24,000 bases of DNA from Paucibacter soli (GTDB lineage Bacteria; Pseudomonadota; Gammaproteobacteria; Burkholderiales; Burkholderiaceae_C), in NCBI RefSeq assembly GCF_037482845.1, contig NZ_JBBHJW010000002.1:163923-187922 (forward strand), given 5' to 3'. The notes beneath the pieces are model-generated. The model made no database searches. It was not told where the DNA came from and saw only the letters and a program-made list of their open reading frames with translations. Positions 16,627 through 24,000 of this stretch are shown piece after piece; the stretch's first letter is position 1; each line of letters begins with the position of its first letter. Position numbers and translations under genes: made by a program.

Positions 16627-17403
16627 ATGAGCACTCAATCGATCAAGGTCGGCGACAAGGCCGACGTCCGCTACCTGCTGCGCATTGCCGACAGCTGCCT
16701 GATCCTCAGCCAGCGCCTGGGCGAATGGTGCGGCCATGGGCCCATCCTGGAAGAGGATCTGGCGCTCACCAACATGGCGCTGGACCTGGTGGGCCAGGCA
16801 CGCGGACTCCTGACCCGCGCCGGCCAGCTCGATGGCCAGGGCCATGACGAGGACCAGCTCGCCTTTCTGCGCGACGAGCGCCAGTACTTCAACCCGGTGC
16901 TGATGGAGTTGCCGCGCGGTGACTTCGCCTTCACCACCGTGCGCAACTTCGCCGTGGCCAGCTGGCTGCTGGGCCTGTGGCAGCGCCTGCAGTCGTCCAG
17001 CGACGCCGAGGTCGCCGCGATCGCCGGCAAGGCCGTCAAGGAGGCGCAATACCACCAGGCCCATGCGGCCGACTGGATGCTGCGCCTGGGCGACGGCACG
17101 GCCGAATCCAGGGCCCGCATGGAAGCCGCGCTGGCGACGCTGTGGCCCTATTTCAACGAGCTGTTCGCCGACGACGCGGTCGACGCTGCCGCGGTGCAGA
17201 GCAAGCTGGGCCCGGCCTGGAGCGAACTCAAGGCCGACTGGCAGGCCGCCATGGCCGAGATCCTTGGCGAGGCCGGCCTGGCCGAGCCCAAGGCCAGCGC
17301 CTATGTGCCGGCCGGCCGCGTCGGCATCCACAGCGAGCATATGGGCCATATGCTGGCCGAGATGCAGTATCTGCAGCGCAGCTACCCGAACGGCGTTTGG
17401 TGA
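16627..17403 (+). CDS. paaC: 1,2-phenylacetyl-CoA epoxidase subunit PaaC
   Basis: 258 aa. It is a helical ferritin-like protein with PaaC-type sequence (LRIADSCLILSQRLGEWCGHGPILEEDLALTNMALDL). It lies between paaB and paaD. Confidence 0.9.
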   Translation: MSTQSIKVGDKADVRYLLRIADSCLILSQRLGEWCGHGPILEEDLALTNMALDLVGQARGLLTRAGQLDGQGHDEDQLAFLRDERQYFNPVLMELPRGDFAFTTVRNFAVASWLLGLWQRLQSSSDAEVAAIAGKAVKEAQYHQAHAADWMLRLGDGTAESRARMEAALATLWPYFNELFADDAVDAAAVQSKLGPAWSELKADWQAAMAEILGEAGLAEPKASAYVPAGRVGIHSEHMGHMLAEMQYLQRSYPNGVW

Positions 17404-17408
17404 ATGCA

Positions 17409-17930
17409 ATGAGCGAGCTGCCGGTCGCCAATACCTGCGGTCGCCTCGAGGCGGCCTGGGAGGTGCTGCGCCAGATCCCCGACCCCGAGGTGCCGGTGAT
17501 CTCGCTGGACGAGCTGGGCATCGTGCGCGACCTGAAGGAAACCGCCGGCGGCCTGGAGGTGGTGCTCACGCCCACCTATTCGGGCTGCCCGGCCACCGAG
17601 CTGATCCAGGACCAGGTGCGCGCCGCGCTGGCCGCCTTCGGCGAGATCCAGATCACCATGCAGCGCGCCCCAGCCTGGACCACCGACTGGATCAGCGAGG
17701 CCGGCCGCGCCAAGCTCAAGGCCTATGGCATTGCGCCCCCGGGGCCTGCAGGCCCCGACCAGGCCCAGCCCATCCGCCTGGTGCACCGCGCCTCGCTCAG
17801 CAAGTTGGCCTGCCCGCGCTGTGGCTCCGAGCGCACCGAAAAGCTCTCGGCCTTCGGCTCCACCGCATGCAAGGCGCTGTATCGCTGCCTGGCCTGCCTG
17901 GAACCTTTTGAACACTTCAAACCCATTTAA
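17409..17930 (+). CDS. paaD: 1,2-phenylacetyl-CoA epoxidase subunit PaaD
   Basis: 173 aa from the ATG at 17409; a GTG at 17400 is also possible. It has a DUF59-type N-terminal domain (IPDPEVPVISLDELGIVR...TPTYSGCPA) and a C-terminal Cys cluster (CPRCGS...CKALYRCLAC). Confidence 0.9.
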   Translation: MSELPVANTCGRLEAAWEVLRQIPDPEVPVISLDELGIVRDLKETAGGLEVVLTPTYSGCPATELIQDQVRAALAAFGEIQITMQRAPAWTTDWISEAGRAKLKAYGIAPPGPAGPDQAQPIRLVHRASLSKLACPRCGSERTEKLSAFGSTACKALYRCLACLEPFEHFKPI

Positions 17931-17933
17931 ATC

Positions 17934-19013
17934 ATGAGCCTGCACTTCCATCCGTTGCGCGTGCGTGAGGTACGTCCCGACACCGAAGAAGCCGTGATCG
18001 TCAGCTTCGATGTGCCGCCGGCCGAGGCCGAGCTCTTCAAGTTCACGCAGGGGCAATACCTGACCCTGCGTGCCGATGTGAATGGCGAGGACCTGCGCCG
18101 CTCCTACTCGATCTGCGCTGGCGTCGACGATGGCGAGCTGCGCGTGGGCGTGCGCAAGGTCAACGGAGGCAAGTTCTCCAACTGGGTCAACGCCAGCCTG
18201 AAGGCCGGCGATGTGATCCAGGTGTTCCCGCCGCAGGGCCGCTTCTTCGTGCCGCTGGATGCCAAGGCCGAGCGCCACTACCTGGGCATCGCCGGTGGTT
18301 CGGGCATCACCCCCATCCTTTCCATCATGAAGACGGTGCTGGCCAAGGAGCCGGCGAGCCGCTTCACGCTGATCTATGGCAACCGCCGCCAGGCCTCCAC
18401 CATGTTCAAGGAGGAGATCGAGGATCTGAAGAACCAGTACCTGACGCGCGTCTCGCTGCACCATGTGTTCAGCGACGAGCAGGTCGACTCGCCGCTGATG
18501 GCCGGCATGCTGGGCCGCGAGAAGATCACCGAATTCCTGGGCGCCCTGGTGGACCCCGCCAGCATCTCCGAGGCCTTCATCTGCGGCCCCTACCAGGTCA
18601 ATGACGAGGCCGAGGCGGCGCTGCTGGCGGCCGGCGTGGCGCAGGAGCGCATCCATATCGAGCGCTTTGGTACGGTCGAAATGCAGCAGGGCAAGCCGGC
18701 GCCGCACGAGGTGCGCGCCGAGGACGCCGACAGCGCCCGCGTCACCCTGATCCGCGACGGCGTGGCGCGCGAGTTCGAGTTCTCCAAGACCGACCCCAGC
18801 CTGCTGGACGCCGCCGCGCGCGCCGGCCTGGAGGTGCCGTTCTCCTGCAAGAGCGGGGTCTGCTCGACCTGCCGTTGCAAGCTGGTGGAGGGCCAGGTGC
18901 GCATGGACAAGAACTTCGCGCTCGAAAAGCACGAGGTGGCGGCCGGCTTCATCCTCAGCTGCCAGGCCCATGCGCTGACGCCGCGTGTGGTGATTTCGTT
19001 TGATGAACGCTGA
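17934..19013 (+). CDS. paaE: 1,2-phenylacetyl-CoA epoxidase reductase subunit PaaE
   Basis: 359 aa. The FNR-like module carries an FAD motif (RRSYSI) and an NAD motif (GGSGITP). The C-terminal plant-type 2Fe-2S ferredoxin motif is CKSGVCSTCRC...SC. Confidence 0.9.
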   Translation: MSLHFHPLRVREVRPDTEEAVIVSFDVPPAEAELFKFTQGQYLTLRADVNGEDLRRSYSICAGVDDGELRVGVRKVNGGKFSNWVNASLKAGDVIQVFPPQGRFFVPLDAKAERHYLGIAGGSGITPILSIMKTVLAKEPASRFTLIYGNRRQASTMFKEEIEDLKNQYLTRVSLHHVFSDEQVDSPLMAGMLGREKITEFLGALVDPASISEAFICGPYQVNDEAEAALLAAGVAQERIHIERFGTVEMQQGKPAPHEVRAEDADSARVTLIRDGVAREFEFSKTDPSLLDAAARAGLEVPFSCKSGVCSTCRCKLVEGQVRMDKNFALEKHEVAAGFILSCQAHALTPRVVISFDER

Positions 19014-19026
19014 AAAGACTCGATAG

Positions 19027-19626
19027 ATGGCCAGAGGCAGAGCCCCCGGATTCGACGCCACGCGCGAGGCCATCCTCGTGCAGGCGGCGCGCCTGTTCGC
19101 CAACCAGGGCTACCCCGGCACCTCGATGAACCAGGTGGCCGAGGCCTGCGAGGTGAGCAAGCCCACGCTCTACCACTATGTGCGCGACAAGCACGAGCTG
19201 CTGGTGCAGATCTGCGAGAGCCATGTGGAGGACCTGGCCGCGCTGGTGGAGGAGGTGCGCGAGCAAGACCTGGCCCCCGAGCCGCATCTGCGCGCGCTCA
19301 TCGCCCGCTTCATGCAGGCCTATGGCGAGGCGCAGAACCAGCACCGGGTACTTACCGAGGACACCAAGTTCCTGAACCCCGAAGATCAGGAGCGCCTGCT
19401 GGCGATCGAGCGCGGCGTGGTGGCGGCGTTTGCCGAGGCGGTGGCGGCGGTGCGGCCCGAGCTGCAGGCCGCCAAGCTGCACAAGCCGCTGACCATGCTG
19501 CTGTTCGGCATGATCAACTGGACCTTCACCTGGCTCAAGCCCGATGGTGAGCTGACCTACGAGGCGCTCGCGCCTATGGTGGCGGATCTTTTTTTTGGTG
19601 GCCTGGGCGCGGTGCAAGCCTCGTGA
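19027..19626 (+). CDS. paaR: TetR family transcriptional regulator, probable PaaR
   Basis: 199 aa. The TetR N-terminal HTH is present (AARLFANQGYPGTSMNQVAEACEVSKPTLYHYV). It lies 13 nt downstream of paaE, the position PaaR occupies in Burkholderia-type paa clusters. Confidence 0.75.
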   Translation: MARGRAPGFDATREAILVQAARLFANQGYPGTSMNQVAEACEVSKPTLYHYVRDKHELLVQICESHVEDLAALVEEVREQDLAPEPHLRALIARFMQAYGEAQNQHRVLTEDTKFLNPEDQERLLAIERGVVAAFAEAVAAVRPELQAAKLHKPLTMLLFGMINWTFTWLKPDGELTYEALAPMVADLFFGGLGAVQAS

Positions 19627-19694
19627 AGGCTGGCGGCCCGACCATGCCTGTGCCTTCCTTTGCACAGACTTTGAACGACAACGGAGACAAGACG

Positions 19695-20852
19695 ATGCAA
19701 CGCAAGCTGATCAAGAAGACCCTGTTGGCCATGGCGGCCGGCGTGGCCCTGCTGGGCCAGGCCTGGGCCGACATCAATGTCGGCGTGACGGTGTCGGCCA
19801 CCGGCCCGGCCGCCTCGCTGGGCATTCCCGAGAAGAACACGCTGAGCCTGCTGCCCACCACGATCGCGGGCCAGAAGGTCAACTACTTCGTGCTCGACGA
19901 TGCCTCCGACACCACCACCGCGGTGGCCAACACGCGCAAGCTCATCACAGAGCACAAGGTCGATGTGGTGATCGGCTCGACCACCACGCCCAATTCGCTG
20001 GCGATGATTGACGCGGTCTCCGAGTCGAGCACGCCGATGATTTCGATGGCCGCCTCGGCGCGCATCGTCGAGCCGGTGGATGCGAAGAAGCGCTGGGTCT
20101 TCAAGACGCCGCAGAACGACATCATGATGGCGCTGGCGATCGTCCAGCATATGGCCGCCAACGGCGTGAAGAGCGCCGGCTTCATCGGCTTTGCCGACGC
20201 CTATGGCGAGGGCTGGTACCAGGAGTTCACCAAGATTGCCGCCATCAAGGGCATCAATGTGGTGGCCGCCGAGCGCTACAACCGCACCGACACCTCGGTG
20301 ACCGGCCAGGTGCTGAAGCTGGTGGCCGCCAAGCCCGACGCGATCCTGATCGCCGGCTCGGGCACGCCCGCGGTGCTGCCGCAGAAGACGCTGAAGGAAC
20401 GCGGCTACGCCGGCAAGTACTACCAGACCCATGGCGTGGCCAACAACGACTTCCTGCGCGTGGGCGGCAAGGATGTCGAAGGCACGCTGCTGCCCGCCGG
20501 TGCGGTGCTGGTGGCGGCACAACTGGCCGCCGACCATCCGGTGAAGAAGAGCGCGCTGGAATACACCGCCAAGTACGAGGGCGCGTTCGGCAAGGGCAAT
20601 GTCTCGACCTTTGGCGGCCATGCCTGGGATGCCGGCCTGCTGCTGCAGGCAGCCATTCCCGCCGCGGTGAAGAAGGCCCAGCCCGGCACGCCGGCCTTCC
20701 GTGCGGCGCTGCGCGATGCGCTCGAGGCCGTCAAGGAATTGCCCGGCGCGCATGGCGTGTTCACCATGTCCGACAAGGACCACCTGGGCCTGGACCAGCG
20801 CGCCCGCGTGATGGTCAAGATCGAGAACGGTGGCTGGAAGTACCAGCCCTGA
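19695..20852 (+). CDS. ABC transporter periplasmic substrate-binding protein (LivK/Peripla_BP_6-like), orphan
   Basis: 385 aa from the ATG at 19695, preceded by GGAGA. Signal peptide: …GVALLGQAWA|DINVG. The type I periplasmic binding-protein pattern is present (INVGVTVSATGPAASLG, VDVVIGSTTTP, GFADAYGEGW). No permease or ATPase genes are adjacent. Confidence 0.9.
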   Translation: MQRKLIKKTLLAMAAGVALLGQAWADINVGVTVSATGPAASLGIPEKNTLSLLPTTIAGQKVNYFVLDDASDTTTAVANTRKLITEHKVDVVIGSTTTPNSLAMIDAVSESSTPMISMAASARIVEPVDAKKRWVFKTPQNDIMMALAIVQHMAANGVKSAGFIGFADAYGEGWYQEFTKIAAIKGINVVAAERYNRTDTSVTGQVLKLVAAKPDAILIAGSGTPAVLPQKTLKERGYAGKYYQTHGVANNDFLRVGGKDVEGTLLPAGAVLVAAQLAADHPVKKSALEYTAKYEGAFGKGNVSTFGGHAWDAGLLLQAAIPAAVKKAQPGTPAFRAALRDALEAVKELPGAHGVFTMSDKDHLGLDQRARVMVKIENGGWKYQP

Positions 20853-20879
20853 TTTCGCGGCCCAGCGCCTGTTGAATGA

Positions 20880-20907
20880 GCGGGCCCGCAGGGGCCCGCC
20901 TTTGTTA
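20880..20907 (+). terminator. GC-rich hairpin, candidate intrinsic terminator or attenuator after the substrate-binding protein gene
   Basis: GCGGGCCC-GCAG-GGGCCCGC forms a perfect 8-bp stem with a 4-nt loop. It is followed by CTTTGTTA, a weak U-tract, and lies 28 nt after the stop codon. Confidence 0.45.
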
Positions 20908-20933
20908 CTACTGACCCTGTTTCGAGGATTGCC

Positions 20934-22988
20934 ATGAGCGCCACCCCCCCCATCCTGCAAAGCCTGATTGCCAACCGCTGGATCGGCCAGACCGCCGCGC
21001 GTGCCCTGCACAGCGCCGTGAACGGCCGGCCGGTGGCGCTCACCCATGCCGACGAGATCGACTTCGGCGAGAGCCTGGCCTATGCCCGGGGTCAGGCCTT
21101 GCCCGCGCTCTTGAAGCTGGACTACCAGCAGCGCGCGGCCCTGCTGAAGGCGCTGGCCAGCCATCTGATGGAGCGCAAGGAGCAGCTCTACGCGATCTCG
21201 GCCCATACCGGCGGCACGCGCTCGGACAACTGGATCGACATCGAGGGCGGCATCGGCACCCTGTTCGCCTATGCCAGCATGGGCCGGCGCGAGCTGCCCT
21301 CCAGCAATGTGGTGCATGAGGGCCCGGCCATCCAGCTCGGCAAGGAGGGCCAGTTCATCGGTTCGCATATCCTCGTGCCCAAGCGCGGCGTGGCGGTGCA
21401 CATCAACGCCTTCAACTTCCCGATGTGGGGCATGCTGGAGAAATTCGCGCCCAGCTTCCTGGCGGGCATGCCCTGCATCGTCAAGCCGGCCACCGCCACC
21501 TCCTATGTGGCCGAGGCCTGCGTGCGCCTGATCCATGAATCGGGCCTGCTGCCGGCCGGCGCGCTGCAGCTGATCGTGGGCGGCTCGGGCGATCTGCTGG
21601 ATCGCCTGGAGGAGACCGATGTGGTCACCTTCACCGGCTCGGCCGACACCGCCGCGATGCTGCGCGTGAACCCGAATCTGGTGCGCCGCTCGGTGCCTTT
21701 CAATGGCGAGGCCGACAGCCTGAACTGCGCCATCCTGGGCCCCGACGTGACGCCGGACGATGCCGAGTTCGAGCTCTTCATCAAGGAAGTGGCGCGCGAG
21801 ATGAGCGCCAAGACCGGCCAGAAGTGCACCGCGATCCGCCGCGCCATCGTGCCGGCCAAGCATATCGACGCGGTGGCCGCGGCGCTGCGCGAGCGTCTCA
21901 AGAAGCTCAAGGTCGGCGACCCGGCGGTGGAGGGTGTGCGCATCGGCGCGCTGGCCTCCAAGGCGCAGCAAAGCGATGTGGCCGAGCGCCTGGCGCTGCT
22001 GGCGGCCGGCAACGAGATCGTGCTGGGCGAGCGCGACGGCTTCGCGCCGGTGGGCGAGGGCGTGGCCGAGGGCGCCTTCTTCGCGCCCACCCTGCTGCTG
22101 TGCCGCGACGGCTTTGCCAACGAGACGGTGCACAACGTCGAGGCCTTCGGTCCGGTCTCCACCCTGATGCCTTATGGCGAGCTGGACGAGGCGCTGCAGC
22201 TGGCCGCCAAGGGCCGCGGCAGCCTGGTGGGCTCGGTGGTCACCAAGACGCCGGCGATCGCCGCCCAGGCGGTCTACCACGCGGCCGCCTTCCACGGCCG
22301 CCTGCTGGTGCTGGACCGCGAGGCCGCAAAGGAATCGACCGGCCACGGCTCGCCGCTGCCGCAGTTGAAGCATGGCGGCCCGGGCCGCGCGGGCGGCGGT
22401 GAGGAGCTCGGCGGCATCCGCGCCGTCAAGCATTACCTGCAGCGCTGCGCGGTGCAGGGCTCGCCGACGATGATCAGCGCCATCACCGGCGAGTACCAGC
22501 GCGGCGCCAAGGTGCAGGAAGACGCCATCCATCCTTTCCGCAAGTACTTCGAAGAGATCCAGATCGGCGACTCGCTGCTGACGCACCGCCGCACCGTGAG
22601 CGAGGCCGACATCGTCAACTTCGGCGGCATCTCGGGCGATTTCTTCTACATGCACTTCGACGAGATCGCCGCCAAGGACACGCAGTTCGGCCAGCGCATC
22701 GCGCATGGCTACTTCGTGCTCAGCGCCGCGGCCGGCCTGTTCGTCTCGCCCGCGCCGGGCCCGGTGCTGGCCAACTACGGCCTGGACACCTTGCGCTTCG
22801 TGAACCCGGTGGCGATCGGCGACACCATCCAGGCGCGCCTGACCTGCAAGCGCCGCATCGACCGCGGCAACCGCCCCGACCAGCCCCCGCAGGGCGTGGT
22901 GGCCTGGGACGTGCAGGTCATGAACCAGCGCGGCGAGCTGGTGGCGAGTTATGACATTCTGACGCTGGTGGCGAAAAAAGGCGGCTGA
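20934..22988 (+). CDS. paaZ: bifunctional oxepin-CoA hydrolase / 3-oxo-5,6-dehydrosuberyl-CoA semialdehyde dehydrogenase PaaZ
   Basis: 684 aa. The N-terminal part is an aldehyde dehydrogenase domain ([18 protein letters not shown] with the catalytic Cys). The C-terminal part is a MaoC/hotdog hydratase domain ([35 protein letters not shown]). SD GAGGA lies upstream. Confidence 0.9.
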   Translation: MSATPPILQSLIANRWIGQTAARALHSAVNGRPVALTHADEIDFGESLAYARGQALPALLKLDYQQRAALLKALASHLMERKEQLYAISAHTGGTRSDNWIDIEGGIGTLFAYASMGRRELPSSNVVHEGPAIQLGKEGQFIGSHILVPKRGVAVHINAFNFPMWGMLEKFAPSFLAGMPCIVKPATATSYVAEACVRLIHESGLLPAGALQLIVGGSGDLLDRLEETDVVTFTGSADTAAMLRVNPNLVRRSVPFNGEADSLNCAILGPDVTPDDAEFELFIKEVAREMSAKTGQKCTAIRRAIVPAKHIDAVAAALRERLKKLKVGDPAVEGVRIGALASKAQQSDVAERLALLAAGNEIVLGERDGFAPVGEGVAEGAFFAPTLLLCRDGFANETVHNVEAFGPVSTLMPYGELDEALQLAAKGRGSLVGSVVTKTPAIAAQAVYHAAAFHGRLLVLDREAAKESTGHGSPLPQLKHGGPGRAGGGEELGGIRAVKHYLQRCAVQGSPTMISAITGEYQRGAKVQEDAIHPFRKYFEEIQIGDSLLTHRRTVSEADIVNFGGISGDFFYMHFDEIAAKDTQFGQRIAHGYFVLSAAAGLFVSPAPGPVLANYGLDTLRFVNPVAIGDTIQARLTCKRRIDRGNRPDQPPQGVVAWDVQVMNQRGELVASYDILTLVAKKGG

Positions 22989-23033
22989 GGCTTCGCCTCA
23001 CCAAGGAGGAGGGGCGCTGTGCGCCCCCTTGGC
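22986..23033. terminator. two adjacent GC-rich hairpins between convergent genes (possible bidirectional terminator)
   Basis: TGAGGC-TTC-GCCTCA lies at 22986-23000. GGGGCGC-TGT-GCGCCCC lies at 23011-23027, flanked by CCAAGG/CCTTGG. There is no clear U-tract on either strand. Confidence 0.35.
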
Positions 23034-23034
23034 C

Positions 23035-23994
23035 TCAGTCACGCCCCGTGTAGGAGATTCCTACGGAATCAATGGCCGCAACGAGCCGCTGCAAGGCCTT
23101 TGCATCAACTGCGGCGTCTTCACCGCCGCCAAGCTTGCAAAAGCTCAGATACATTCGCGCGTAGCTGCCGACATGACCTTGCCGTGATGCGGCGACCTTC
23201 AGTGCAGCCAAGAAGGTTTGGCGTTGTTCTAACGGCAAATCGATGCCCACCTTGTCGCATGCCAGCGCCTTCATTGCACCGATGTCGCCGCGCTTGGCGT
23301 CTCGTGCAAGACTATCCACCAGCCAAGGCGTCCGTTCTGGGTCCGCTGGCTTGCCCAGGGCGGTTTCCTGATAGTAGTCTGACGCGCCGCCAAGCACCCC
23401 GCCTCTGGCGGCGACCTCCAGGAGCTCAGGTTCACGCCCCTGTTGCTCGACGCTGATCGCCTGGCAATGTCGTTGGATTTCCTCTTGAACGCCTAGCGTT
23501 GAAAGCGCAGTTTCGTTACCCGTTCTGGACTCCGTTTGCTCATGCAAGCCAGCTCGGTGAATTTCGACTTCATGGGCGATGCCCCTACACCGTTTGAGTA
23601 GTCGGGCCGCCCTGAGGCTTTCCGACGGGTCGCGAGACGCCAGGGCCATGGCGATGAAGCTGCCATAGCCCTGACGCGCCGCGCGTTGAAACGTGAAGGT
23701 GTCGCCTGGCATGGACTTGAAGGCGCTGGACAGGCTGGCGGCCGACTGTCCCGGTATGCTTGCTTCATGCCTCACCGGCGCGACTGGCGCATTGCCTCCG
23801 GCGCGAGCAGGCCCCGGACTGGAGGATCTACTTTGGGCGGCAACAGCTGGCTCAATGCCCGTTTCGCCATCTTTGGCCGACGGCACTGTTGGCGCCGGGT
23901 TGTTCAGCCACATCGCCATAAAGACCGCGAAAGCCAGCAGTCCGATCAAGACCCAAGTTGCTGAAATCTTTTGGAACAATGCTTCTACGGCCAT
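23035..23994 (-). CDS. membrane-anchored hypothetical protein in a low-GC patch
   Basis: 319 aa, the longest ORF in this region. It has one N-terminal TM helix (ATWVLIGLLAFAVFMAMWL) and a Pro/Ser/Ala-rich linker. The C-terminal part is helical, with 4 Cys and degenerate Sel1/TPR-like stretches (ARDAKRGDIGAMKALA). Third codon positions are mixed rather than GC-dominated, unlike every other gene here. I recognise no family. Confidence 0.55.
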   Translation of the reverse strand: MAVEALFQKISATWVLIGLLAFAVFMAMWLNNPAPTVPSAKDGETGIEPAVAAQSRSSSPGPARAGGNAPVAPVRHEASIPGQSAASLSSAFKSMPGDTFTFQRAARQGYGSFIAMALASRDPSESLRAARLLKRCRGIAHEVEIHRAGLHEQTESRTGNETALSTLGVQEEIQRHCQAISVEQQGREPELLEVAARGGVLGGASDYYQETALGKPADPERTPWLVDSLARDAKRGDIGAMKALACDKVGIDLPLEQRQTFLAALKVAASRQGHVGSYARMYLSFCKLGGGEDAAVDAKALQRLVAAIDSVGISYTGRD

Positions 23995-24000
23995 CTTCTG

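Noticed and set aside
14881-17409. 842-aa minus-strand ORF opposite paaK-paaA-paaB-paaC
   Set aside because: It is a shadow ORF antisense to highly recognisable paa genes. The translation is Gly/Ala/His/Leu/Arg-rich with no motifs.
17382-19103. 573-aa minus-strand ORF opposite paaD/paaE, and the 337-aa plus-strand ORF (713..1726) opposite the GGDEF gene
   Set aside because: Both lie antisense to genes with clear functional motifs (2Fe-2S and FNR motifs; GGDEF and PAS). Their composition is that of high-GC shadow frames.
19557-22706. 1049-aa minus-strand ORF opposite the binding protein and paaZ genes
   Set aside because: This has the same shadow-ORF signature. The plus-strand genes have signal peptides, catalytic motifs and SD sequences, and the minus-strand product has none.
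1-24000. Scan for CRISPR arrays, tRNA/rRNA genes, IS elements with terminal inverted repeats, integrases, and tandem or REP-type repeats
   Set aside because: Reading the sequence, I found no periodic repeat-spacer structure, no cloverleaf-like low-GC islands, and no transposase- or integrase-like ORFs. Intergenic space is minimal except at the sites already listed.

Overview
High-GC (about 70%) chromosomal DNA with beta-proteobacterial (Burkholderiales-like) gene content, densely coding. I recognised no tRNA, rRNA, CRISPR array, IS element or integrase.

Contents in order:
(1) The 3' end of a nitroreductase-fold gene.
(2) A membrane-anchored PAS-GGDEF diguanylate cyclase.
(3) A six-gene, translationally coupled envelope copper operon on the minus strand: small exported protein, CusC/NodT-like outer-membrane factor, Tat-exported multicopper oxidase, CopI-like cupredoxin, CusF-like chaperone, unknown exported protein. 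A MerR/CueR-style promoter precedes it.
(4) A DUF962/Mpo1-like membrane protein and a YceI-like lipoprotein.
(5) A molybdenum cofactor operon, moaA-mobA-GNAT-moeA, on the minus strand.
(6) A PfkB sugar kinase.
(7) A large phenylacetate (paa) catabolic cluster: paaY, divergent from paaG-I-K-A-B-C-D-E-paaR plus an orphan ABC substrate-binding protein, then paaZ.
(8) After paaZ, GC drops sharply to about 50-58%. This low-GC patch holds one membrane-anchored ORF of unknown function and runs off the window.

Most of the window is ordinary, well-understood metabolism. The parts I consider under-described are:
- the pump-less copper operon and its two unknown exported members;
- the apparent two-domain architecture of its oxidase;
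- the low-GC ORF at the 3' edge.

The very long antisense ORFs in the track are high-GC shadow ORFs and are rejected. All family assignments rest on motif recognition by eye. No database search was run.
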